Shown here: piece after piece, positions 54,316 through 62,957 of the stretch
Position numbering within the stretch: position 1 is the first letter of the stretch
How the letters are laid out: each line of letters starts with the position of its first letter
IMG/VR virus record: IMGVR_UViG_3300036820_000003
Span: 32,001 to 96,000 of that record
Source of the DNA: a virus
DNA length: 64,000 bases
Reading direction: 5' to 3' (one strand)
The notes under the pieces: generated by a model
Told to the model about the DNA's origin: nothing
The model's input: only the letters and a program-made list of their open reading frames with translations
Databases searched by the model: none
Position numbers and translations under genes: made by a program

Positions 54316-55574
54316 TGGCTGCCGCCGCTGTTGTGAGGACCCCGGGAGTGCGACTGGGCTATCGAGTTGCGGACTCCATTATCGAGCGCGACATTGAAGG
54401 TCGGACCTTGGGGGAGGACGACTACGACTGGCTTCTCACGGGCGGACCGCTGATGGTCAGGAGTCCGGAGGGGGCTCCGGTGGCGTGCTATCTGCCAGGG
54501 GTTTTGAAGGGCGTCATGGCCGAGGTCGACGCTTACCGGCTGCTGCATCCCCTGCACACGATGATGACGAACAATCGAGGCAAGGCGTCGGGTACGCGAC
54601 GGATCGCCCGGGGGGACGGGGACGGGACGAGGAGCGACTCCGTCTCGATGTCGAGTCCCACTATCGGGTCGGCGGATCCAGGGTCGGTGTACCGCTACTG
54701 TCGCATGACGGAGTGGACCGGGGCGCATCTGCCGGAGTGGGAGGCGCTGGCTCCCCTGTTCCGGGTGATTGCGAGTCATCTTGAAGAGCGAGTTCCGGAG
54801 CGATACAACGCCCAGATGGAGTACGTCCGGAAGACGAATGAAGCGTGGGTGGTGCCGGGAACGCCGTTCACGACGATCACGGTGAATAACAGTTACTCCA
54901 CCGGGGTGCACAAGGATCAGGGCGATCTGGAGGCCGGGTTCTCGACGCTGGCGTGCGTGCGTCGCGGCGAGTACTCGGGCGGCGTGCTGGTCATGCCGCA
55001 GTATAGGTTCGGCGTGGACATGCAAGACGGTGATCTTTTGCTGATGGACGCGCACCAGTGGCACGGGAACACGCGAATGACGTGCGCCTGCGGCGAGCGG
55101 ATTTTCAATCGATTCTGCGGGGTATGCGGCGCGGAGCGGATTTCGCTGGTGTGCTACTATCGGACTCGGATGGCGGAATGCGGGAGCCCTGCGGACGAGC
55201 TGGAAAGAGCGCAGGTAAACACCGAGAAGCGATCCCAGCCGCGCGTCGGACAGGATATCATTGACGCTGCCGCGTCAGTGATGCCGATTCCGATTGCAAA
55301 TCCTGACCCCGCCCCTGATGACGGGGGGGCTTCAATTGCAACTGTGCCTGCGGCGCCGATTGTCGACGAACTTGAGGCTCCCGCCAAGAGGCGCGGTCGT
55401 CCCAAGAAGCAGGTCGGGGTGCTCGACGTTGAGGTTGAGGTTGAGGCCGCGAAGCCGGAACCTGTCGTCAAGCGTCGGGGTCGGCCGCGCAAGGTCGCTG
55501 AGCCTGATAAGATCGCAGTGGCCAAGGCCGATTTGATGAAGTTTGATCCCGTGACCGGTGAGCCTTTGGAGTGA
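54315..55574 (+). CDS. TET/JBP-family 2OG-Fe(II) dioxygenase with C-terminal AT-hooks
   Basis: FTTITVN, HKD, GG.L, DGD.L..DAH.WHGN, ERISLVCYYR; tail KRRGRPKK and KRRGRPRK. Confidence 0.85.
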   Translation: MAAAAVVRTPGVRLGYRVADSIIERDIEGRTLGEDDYDWLLTGGPLMVRSPEGAPVACYLPGVLKGVMAEVDAYRLLHPLHTMMTNNRGKASGTRRIARGDGDGTRSDSVSMSSPTIGSADPGSVYRYCRMTEWTGAHLPEWEALAPLFRVIASHLEERVPERYNAQMEYVRKTNEAWVVPGTPFTTITVNNSYSTGVHKDQGDLEAGFSTLACVRRGEYSGGVLVMPQYRFGVDMQDGDLLLMDAHQWHGNTRMTCACGERIFNRFCGVCGAERISLVCYYRTRMAECGSPADELERAQVNTEKRSQPRVGQDIIDAAASVMPIPIANPDPAPDDGGASIATVPAAPIVDELEAPAKRRGRPKKQVGVLDVEVEVEAAKPEPVVKRRGRPRKVAEPDKIAVAKADLMKFDPVTGEPLE

Positions 55575-55577
55575 GGA

Positions 55578-56120
55578 GTGAGTGGAATGGGTCGTCGAAC
55601 CGAAACGATGGAACGCGACGCTAAGATGTACTTGCGTCACACCAACAACATCCCGCACGACGCGATCGCGGCTGAGTTCGGGGTGTCGCTTGCTACTGTC
55701 GCGACGGGGATTCGACGGGCCATCCAGGACACCTTCAGGCTGTCGGCTGAGGAAGAGCGCCAGGTCGTGGACGATAGACTTTTGTATTTGGAGCGTCGTC
55801 TGCGGGTGATGGCCTCCAATAAGCACTATCGCGTTTCGGTTTCAGGGAAGGTCGTCGTCGATCCGATGACCGGGGAGCCGTTGCTGGACGACGAGCCGGA
55901 GTATCGGGCTCTGATGGCCATCTCGAAGATCGAGGGGCAGCGCAGCAAGCTTCTCGGACTCGACATGCCGGTGCGTCATCGAGTCGAGATCACCGACAAG
56001 ATGGACGAGGAGATCGAGAAGCTCGCGATGGAGCTTTCGATCCACGGCGCTGGCGAGAAGGTAGAGCCGGAGCTGCCGGTGGGGACGGGAGTCGTTGATG
56101 GTGACGGTAGCGACTCCTGA
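55578..56120 (+). CDS. terS: Terminase small subunit
   Basis: N-terminal HTH; position before terL; R.KLLGLD.P. Confidence 0.75.
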   Translation: MSGMGRRTETMERDAKMYLRHTNNIPHDAIAAEFGVSLATVATGIRRAIQDTFRLSAEEERQVVDDRLLYLERRLRVMASNKHYRVSVSGKVVVDPMTGEPLLDDEPEYRALMAISKIEGQRSKLLGLDMPVRHRVEITDKMDEEIEKLAMELSIHGAGEKVEPELPVGTGVVDGDGSDS

Positions 56121-57792
56121 TCCTGGGGGGGAAGAGCCGGAGAAAGGCGATCTGCCTCCGGATTGGCGGGATCTCAGTCCCGAGGCCAAGAAGGCCCTGC
56201 TGCATAAGCTCAAAGGGAAACACATCTCTTTGGGACTGGGCGGACCGCGCAAGTGGCGGGCTCTGGCGCGACCCAAGCAGCTGAGTCCAGATGATCCGGT
56301 GCATCATCTGCCGGACGGCAACGGGTTCGCCTGCGCGTGCGGGGCGCTGGATAGTAGCTTCAACATCTGGATGTTCATGGCCGGCCGAGGCTGCGGGAAG
56401 ACCTGGGCCGGATCCAACTGGATCATCGAGCAGGCGCTGAAAAACCCGGGGACCATGTGGGCCGTCGTGGCTCCCACCTTCCGCGACGTCCGAGTGACTT
56501 GCTTCGAGGGACCGTCTGGGATACGCCGTCAGCTAGAACCAGGTGAGGAAGACCAATGGCGACGCAACGAGTTGCGACTCGACCTGGTGAACGGCTCGAT
56601 TCTCTACGGGTACTCGGCTGACCAGCCTGAGCGACTTCGCGGGAGTAATCTTTCAGGTGCTTGGTGTGACGAGATGGGCTCGTGGCAATATGAGGAGACC
56701 TGGTACGAAGGGCTGGTTCCCGCTCTGCGTATTGGCGAGCATCCCCGTGTGATGGTAACCACCACTCCTCGTCCCACCAAGCTGGTGCGCGATCTGTACG
56801 GACGTCGCGACGGGACGGTCCACATCACCACCGCCTCGACCTGGGAGAACGCCGCAAACCTTTCCGCCGCAGCTCTTGACGAACTACGTCGTCGGTACGA
56901 GGGAACGCGCCTGGGTCGTCAGGAGCTTGAAGGCGAGCTGCTGGAGGACCTTGAGGGGGCTTTGTGGAAGCGATCCGACATCGACGCCGCGCGAGTGCGG
57001 CTGGGGGATGTGCCGGATCTGATCCGGGTGGTTGTCGGGATTGACCCGGCTGTCACCTCGACCGAAGAGAGTGACGAGACCGGAATCATCGTCGCGGGGG
57101 ATGACGGGCATGGTCACGGCTACGTGCTGGCGGACTACAGTATGAAAGGGTCGCCTGAGGCGTGCATGCGGGAGGCCGTCCGGGCATACAAGCGTCACGG
57201 GGCTGACTGCATTGTCGCGGAGGTGAACAACGGCGGTGACTTCATCGGAGCGGTGGTTCGTGCAGTTGACCCGGATGTGCCATATCACACCGTGCGAGCT
57301 AGCAGGGGTAAAGCTCTCCGAGCTGAGCCTGTTTCTGCTCTTGCTGAGCAACGGAGACTTCACCACGTAGGCAACCTGCCCGAGCTGGAAGATCAATTGT
57401 GCGCCTACGTGCCCGGAATAGGCGACTCGCCTGACCGGATGGACGCGCTGGTCTGGGCGGTCTTCGAGCTCAAGGGATTGAGTCAGGCCTCGTGGCTGTC
57501 GGCCTACGGAGCCTGTCGCTGCTCGGGATGCGACCACGTGTACACCTCGCATCTTAAGGAGTGCCCGCGCTGCCGGACGGCGAATCCGGCGGAGGCTGAG
57601 CGGATTGCGGCTCGGGAGCGAGATGAGCCGACGGAGGAGGAGCCTGTCGTGGGCGGCTGGGCGTCGGTTTATCACCTGCGTCGCTGCGAGCGAGGGCACG
57701 CCTACCCCGAGAAAATGGGGGCCGGGGGATGCCCGCGCTGCCGATCGGACGGACTGGGTTTTTTGAAGTCGGCCGGTCGCGCTGTGCGTTGA
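56095..57792 (+). CDS. terL: Terminase large subunit
   Basis: AGRGCGKT, W.DE, VMVTTTPR, R...ELEGE, VGIDPA, SPDRMDA. Confidence 0.95.
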   Translation: MMVTVATPDPGGEEPEKGDLPPDWRDLSPEAKKALLHKLKGKHISLGLGGPRKWRALARPKQLSPDDPVHHLPDGNGFACACGALDSSFNIWMFMAGRGCGKTWAGSNWIIEQALKNPGTMWAVVAPTFRDVRVTCFEGPSGIRRQLEPGEEDQWRRNELRLDLVNGSILYGYSADQPERLRGSNLSGAWCDEMGSWQYEETWYEGLVPALRIGEHPRVMVTTTPRPTKLVRDLYGRRDGTVHITTASTWENAANLSAAALDELRRRYEGTRLGRQELEGELLEDLEGALWKRSDIDAARVRLGDVPDLIRVVVGIDPAVTSTEESDETGIIVAGDDGHGHGYVLADYSMKGSPEACMREAVRAYKRHGADCIVAEVNNGGDFIGAVVRAVDPDVPYHTVRASRGKALRAEPVSALAEQRRLHHVGNLPELEDQLCAYVPGIGDSPDRMDALVWAVFELKGLSQASWLSAYGACRCSGCDHVYTSHLKECPRCRTANPAEAERIAARERDEPTEEEPVVGGWASVYHLRRCERGHAYPEKMGAGGCPRCRSDGLGFLKSAGRAVR

Positions 57793-57817
57793 CAAGTCGA
57801 GCGAAGTTTGCTAGACT
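57789..57817 (+). promoter_or_regulatory. Sigma-A-type promoter, leaderless
   Basis: TTGACA-N17-TAGACT, 6 nt before ATG 57824. Confidence 0.8.
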
Positions 57818-57823
57818 TGCGGA

Positions 57824-58081
57824 ATGGACAGCCTCTCAGAAGAAGAACGCGAAGCCGCCCGACGTGTTTTCGGGGATGGAAGTCAAGTCTGCTCCTTCTG
57901 CGGAGGCTTCCATCTAAGGGCATGTCCCAGGGTCGCCGAGTTCGAGCTTTACGAGGCGCACGGCGAGGTGGCGGGATCGATCAAGAGAGTGCGATTCTGG
58001 GCCGCTGGCGAGTGGGACGAGAGGTGCGTCGTGTGGCCCGAGGCGATGGCTGAAGGCGAGGAGGAGTCGAATGGAAGCTGA
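57824..58081 (+). CDS. Small zinc-knuckle-like protein
   Basis: CSFCGGFHLRAC. Confidence 0.65.
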   Translation: MDSLSEEEREAARRVFGDGSQVCSFCGGFHLRACPRVAEFELYEAHGEVAGSIKRVRFWAAGEWDERCVVWPEAMAEGEEESNGS

Positions 58082-58262
58082 GAGCGCAGGTGCGGGTGCG
58101 GGCGAGTTCATTCCGGCTCTTCAAACCGGGGCGATCGCTCTGCACGAGAACATGATGTCGTTTATCGCGGCGGGATTCACTCGTGAGGAAAGCCTGCGGA
58201 TCGTCATGATGATGCTAGCCGAGGCGATCCGGAAGGGTGACGGAACGGGGGGAAGCGGATGA
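58071..58262 (+). CDS. Small hypothetical protein
   Basis: AIALHE.M.SFIAAGFTREESLRIV. Confidence 0.65.
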   Translation: MEAESAGAGAGEFIPALQTGAIALHENMMSFIAAGFTREESLRIVMMMLAEAIRKGDGTGGSG

Positions 58263-58594
58263 GCGCTACCGGCGCGGTTCCCATCTCCCGGCTGTCTTTG
58301 CAGTATCTGACCGTGCCGGTGCAGGCGTTCAAGTCCGGAACTGCGTACGATCCGACTGCGGATGTGGTTCAGTTCGCCTTCGTCGACAATGTGGGCTCGG
58401 TTCCCACGTCGGGGATGTGGGTGAGCGGGTCGTGGATCTCTCTTCCGAACTACTCTTATCCTTGGGCGGCGCAGTGCCTGGTCGGTCCCGGAGGATCGAC
58501 GGCTCCGTCTACGGGGACGTACACGGTGTGGGTGCAGATCTTCGACAATCCTGAGATTCCGGTGCTCATCGCCGGGCAGATGCAGGTCAGTTGA
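58259..58594 (+). CDS. Small beta-sandwich (possibly virion) protein
   Basis: GTYTVWVQI.DNPEIPVL.AG. Confidence 0.65.
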   Translation: MSATGAVPISRLSLQYLTVPVQAFKSGTAYDPTADVVQFAFVDNVGSVPTSGMWVSGSWISLPNYSYPWAAQCLVGPGGSTAPSTGTYTVWVQIFDNPEIPVLIAGQMQVS

Positions 58595-58607
58595 TTGGAG
58601 GTGCGGG

Positions 58608-61600
58608 ATGGCTGGACGTAATTCAACATTGATGGCGGCGAAGTACGTGCCGGGCGGGGCTCGTCCGACCGCCGCACCTCAGGGAGCCGGGGCTCCCTAC
58701 TACGGGATGCTAAGCCCCTTGGCAAATCAGCTGGCGAATGAGCGCGGGTATTGCCTCGGTCCAGACACGCAAGTGCTGTGCTCGGATTTCCAGTGGCGGC
58801 CGGTGATCAGTCTTGCTGAAGGTGACCAGATCATTGGGTTCGATGAATTCCCGGAGCCACACAGCAAGCGTAAGTTCCGTATGTCAACAGTACTCAGCTG
58901 CCCGATCGTGGAACTACCCTCCTACCGGATCACGTTCACTGATGGTCGGCAGGTCACGGCTTCAGCTGAGCACATGTGGCTGGATGGACGATGCAGTCGT
59001 TGGTTGAAGACGAAGAATCTACGTCCTGGTTACAGGATCATGCACCTAGGCACCCCCTGGAAGCAAGACAGGTCGTGGGGCGGAGGCTGGCTTGCAGGGG
59101 CATTTGATGGTGAGGCTAACTTTGCTACTCATTCTGAGAACAGCCATTGCGGTTGGCACATCCAGTTCTCTCAGAACGCTGGAAGTGTCCTCGATCTGGC
59201 AGAACGACTCCTCAAGGAACGCGGGTATGAGACTCGGGTTAAGGCTCCTCAAGATGGTCGAGCAGTTCACCGTCTACTCATTACCGGCGTAGAGGACTGC
59301 TTCCGATTCCTCGGTTCGTGTCAGCCGGTTCGACTGCTGGACAATTCGGCTGCGTGGATCGAAGGTCAGAGCGGCAAGAAGTCCCGTGGAACTGCACGCG
59401 GTCGGGTGTACAACGCTGTCGTAGAGAGCGTTGAGTACCTGGGTGAGCAGGACGTGGTAGCTATCTCCACGTCCACCCGGACGCTGTTCGCCGAAGGTCT
59501 GTACTCGCACAACTCGAACAGCTACGGCCCGTTTCTGCCGAGGCCCGCTCGTACTTTTACAGAGGGTGCGTTCGGGCCGTTCAGTCCGATCCTGCCGGTG
59601 CCGCTGGATGCTCCGGCTGTTGAAGACGGTCAGCCGGATCCTCGACTATGGGAGTACCCGGTCGGGTGGAACCTGCCGGTGGGGCAGCCGGGGACCGAGG
59701 GACTCAAGCTCGTCGACTTCGCTACTCTCAAGACGCTTAGTGACACTTATTCGGTCGCGCGTAGTTGCATCGACCGTCGCAAGTACGAGGTCTGCGGACT
59801 GGACTGGGATATCGTCCCCACGCACGAGGCTTCGAAGGCGTATCAAGGGGACAGGAAAGCGATGCGCGACTTCGGGGAACGAGTCGCCAAGGCTAAGCGA
59901 TTCTTTCGGCATCCCGATCCGGACTATTTTACTTTCTCGGACTTTCTATCGGCTATGCTGGAGGAAGTGTTCGTTTACGACGCTTTGGCAATCGTCATGC
60001 GACCCAAGTGGGGCAAGGGAGTCGGGGCGGGGCTACTGGGTTCCGACCTGGACTGCCTGGAGCTGATCTCGGGTCCGACGATCCGACCTCTGGTCGGGCT
60101 GCACGGAGAGGTGCCGCGTCCGCCTGCTCCCGCGTACCAGCAGTACCTGTACGGCGTTCCGCGCTCGGACTACATGACGATGATCACCCAGCGAGACATC
60201 GACGAGGCCGGAATCGGCGGGTCGGAGCTGCAGAACTTCCGCACCGACCAGCTTATGTACCTGCGCACGACGCCGCGACGGGAAACGCCCTACGGGTTCT
60301 CGCTTACCGAGAAGGCGATCATCCCCATCCTGACCGGACTGCAGAAGCAGGCCTTCCAGTATGACTACTTCCGGGAGGGGACCGTCCCGGCGGTCTACAT
60401 CTCACCCGGGGATGCTTCTATCACCCCGAATCAAATCCGGGAGCTGCAGGACGCCCTTAACGCGATCGCCGGGGACGTGGCGTTCCATCACAAGATCATC
60501 GTTTTGCCACCCGGTTCCAAGACCATGCCGCAGAGGGACGCTCAGCTGGCGGATCAGTTCGACGAGATCGTCATGACCGAGGTCGCGATGGTCTACGACG
60601 TGGACCCGATGAGCCTGGGAATCGTCCCGAAAGTCGCGACTTCGGTGTCGCCTTTCGCCGCGAAGGAGATGGCGCAGGCGTCGGCGTCGGTTCATCAGAG
60701 GACGTCGACTAAGCCTCTGTTGTCTTTTATCACCGACATCTTCAACAACATCCTGCATCGCGTGTGCGGTCAGGACGACATGAAGTTCACCTTCGAGGGG
60801 ATGTCGGAGACCTCGGACGCGGCTGCGACGACTGACCTGGTGGTCAAGCAGGTCCAGTACGGAATCCGGTCGGTCGACGAGGGTCGGGCCGAGCTGGAGC
60901 TGCCGCCGTGGAACATGCCCGAGACCTCGGGTCCTGTCGTGTTCACGCAGATGGGACCGGTCCCGTTCGAGATGGCACCGCAGCTGCTGATGCAACAGCA
61001 GCAGGGCGCGGGTGGGAGCGGAGGGGGAGCCAAGGCCGGGGGAGGGAATTCTTCCGGATCGGGGAAGCGAACGCGGGCTACTTCGACGACTGGTCGCGGT
61101 GATCAGTACGGCGGGCCGGGAGTTCCCCGGCACGGGAACCTGCCGGCTCCTTCTTCGACTCGGATTTCTTCGGACGTTCCGCCGGAGCGGAAGAAGACCC
61201 CGGCTCACGACGCGGCCGAGGGGGCGATGTCGACCGGGAGTTCGAAGCCGGGGGGCGGCCGGGTCGGGGCCTCCAAGGCGGCGGCGGCCGAGCTGGAGGC
61301 GCTTGGTCGTCACTTGCGGAAGGGTCGGGACATTCGCACCTGGAAGGCGGTCAACGTTCCCGGGGCAATTGTCGAAGCGATAGCCGAGGACCTGCAAAAG
61401 GGCCTCTCGTTCGACGAGGCAGTCGGATCTATTCCCGTGTTCGGCGTGGAATGGGTGACCGGAGACACGCTCCCAAAAGCCCGAGGGGTCACTGAGTGGC
61501 CCGGCTGGAAGCACGATCTAGGGTTGGTCGCGGCTTACACCGACCTGCTGCGGAGGATGTTTTCCAAGGCTGACGGGCAAGCCGGGAAGATCCGTGGCGA

Positions 61601-62957
61601 GTACGCGCACTCGGTGGTGTCATACACGCCGGGCATGTTCGACGGGATGATTGCGGATCATCTGCAGGAAAAGGTGGCGGGAGCGCTTGAGCCGCTGGCG
61701 CGGGAGGCCTGGAAGCTCGGCTACGGGAGCGCGCTGGAGCTAATAGGCGACCGGTCGGTTAGCTTCGGGTCGAATCCGGATGCGTTCGTCGGGACGGAGG
61801 TGCGACATTGGGCCGAGACGATTGCGCGGACCGGTCTTAAGGACGCCGCGCGCCGGGCGGAGGTTATCGCCCGGACCGAGGTGGCTCGCGGAGTGAGCGC
61901 CGGAGCGATGCAGGCGTATGCGGATGCCGGGATTTCGTACAAGCACCTGCTCCTGGCTCCGGATGACGCCTGCGAGAAGTGCGTCGATGCTGATGAGGAA
62001 GTAATTCCCCTGCACGCTCCGTTCGGGACGGGGGATGTCGCTCCTCCGTTTCACCCGCAGTGTCGCTGCGGAGTGGCCCCGTCCGGAGTGGACGTGACGC
62101 CTCCGCAGGGGCACCTCGGGAAGTCGGAGTCAGAGAGGAAGCCCGACGTCGCTTTTCTTCTCATCCGCACTCGTAATTCCGAGGGGAAGCGTCGCTACCT
62201 GCTGCAGAAGCGAGGCGAGGAAGCCTCGCACCCTGGGACCTGGGGGCTGTTCGGCGGGAAGGGGCATCCGGGGGAGACCCCGTGGGAGACGGCTTGCCGG
62301 GAGGCGGGGGAGGAAACCGGGGGACTGCCGAAGGATCTTGTCCCTCGGGGCGTCATGTTCACGCCCGGTGACAAGCGAGACTGCTGGACCTACGTGTGCG
62401 ACGTGGCGGAGGAGTTCAGTCCGGGTGGCGGGGTCACCCCCTGGGAGTCGGCGAGCTGGGGCTGGTTCAGTCGGGACGACGTGTCGGGACTGGAGCTGCA
62501 TCCCAAATTCGCGGAAACGTGGGACGTGTACGTCGGGGAAGTGCTCGGCAAATCGAAGAAGAGGGTGCTGGTCTCCGGTCAGGAGATCTACCCGTCGGAC
62601 TCGGAGACCGGCGAAGACGATGAGTGGCCTGCGAGCGGCGGGGGCGGGGAGTACCCGCACTCGCACGACGTGGACGGGACTCCGGTGGCTCCGGGCGGGA
62701 AGCCCGGGTCGGAGCCTCCGCGCTGGGACGGTGATGAAGCTGAACCCTATGTGCAGATGCCGGGTGGTCCCGGAGGAGCAGCCGGGCGTGCCCCGGATTC
62801 GCCCGCCGGAGGCGGGAGTTGCGACTCGACGTGTGATGATCCCGGTCATGCTCACTCGACTCCGATTGACGGGAACGTTCCGGACGACGAGGATGACGCT
62901 CGTCAGCCGTTCGTGAGGGGGCGACCTCCGAATGCTATCGGAAAAGGCCGCTCGTGA
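58608..62957 (+). CDS. Portal protein fused to MuF-like head-morphogenesis and NUDIX domains, with an intein
   Basis: Portal core (LELISGPTIRP, PYGFS, YFREGTVP); MuF (IARTEV...C..C...PPFHPQCRC); Nudix box GGKGHPGETPWETACREAGEETG. Confidence 0.88.
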   Translation: MAGRNSTLMAAKYVPGGARPTAAPQGAGAPYYGMLSPLANQLANERGYCLGPDTQVLCSDFQWRPVISLAEGDQIIGFDEFPEPHSKRKFRMSTVLSCPIVELPSYRITFTDGRQVTASAEHMWLDGRCSRWLKTKNLRPGYRIMHLGTPWKQDRSWGGGWLAGAFDGEANFATHSENSHCGWHIQFSQNAGSVLDLAERLLKERGYETRVKAPQDGRAVHRLLITGVEDCFRFLGSCQPVRLLDNSAAWIEGQSGKKSRGTARGRVYNAVVESVEYLGEQDVVAISTSTRTLFAEGLYSHNSNSYGPFLPRPARTFTEGAFGPFSPILPVPLDAPAVEDGQPDPRLWEYPVGWNLPVGQPGTEGLKLVDFATLKTLSDTYSVARSCIDRRKYEVCGLDWDIVPTHEASKAYQGDRKAMRDFGERVAKAKRFFRHPDPDYFTFSDFLSAMLEEVFVYDALAIVMRPKWGKGVGAGLLGSDLDCLELISGPTIRPLVGLHGEVPRPPAPAYQQYLYGVPRSDYMTMITQRDIDEAGIGGSELQNFRTDQLMYLRTTPRRETPYGFSLTEKAIIPILTGLQKQAFQYDYFREGTVPAVYISPGDASITPNQIRELQDALNAIAGDVAFHHKIIVLPPGSKTMPQRDAQLADQFDEIVMTEVAMVYDVDPMSLGIVPKVATSVSPFAAKEMAQASASVHQRTSTKPLLSFITDIFNNILHRVCGQDDMKFTFEGMSETSDAAATTDLVVKQVQYGIRSVDEGRAELELPPWNMPETSGPVVFTQMGPVPFEMAPQLLMQQQQGAGGSGGGAKAGGGNSSGSGKRTRATSTTGRGDQYGGPGVPRHGNLPAPSSTRISSDVPPERKKTPAHDAAEGAMSTGSSKPGGGRVGASKAAAAELEALGRHLRKGRDIRTWKAVNVPGAIVEAIAEDLQKGLSFDEAVGSIPVFGVEWVTGDTLPKARGVTEWPGWKHDLGLVAAYTDLLRRMFSKADGQAGKIRGEYAHSVVSYTPGMFDGMIADHLQEKVAGALEPLAREAWKLGYGSALELIGDRSVSFGSNPDAFVGTEVRHWAETIARTGLKDAARRAEVIARTEVARGVSAGAMQAYADAGISYKHLLLAPDDACEKCVDADEEVIPLHAPFGTGDVAPPFHPQCRCGVAPSGVDVTPPQGHLGKSESERKPDVAFLLIRTRNSEGKRRYLLQKRGEEASHPGTWGLFGGKGHPGETPWETACREAGEETGGLPKDLVPRGVMFTPGDKRDCWTYVCDVAEEFSPGGGVTPWESASWGWFSRDDVSGLELHPKFAETWDVYVGEVLGKSKKRVLVSGQEIYPSDSETGEDDEWPASGGGGEYPHSHDVDGTPVAPGGKPGSEPPRWDGDEAEPYVQMPGGPGGAAGRAPDSPAGGGSCDSTCDDPGHAHSTPIDGNVPDDEDDARQPFVRGRPPNAIGKGRS
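58752..59513 (+). mobile_element. Intein with LAGLIDADG homing endonuclease (254 aa)
   Basis: Begins CLGPDT, ends GLYSHN with +1 Ser; WLAGAFDGE block. Confidence 0.93.

Noticed and set aside
62930-62957. Programmed frameshift joining the portal fusion to the ParB-like ORF
   Set aside because: The frames overlap, but there is no canonical slippery heptamer or downstream structure; the ORF has its own possible start
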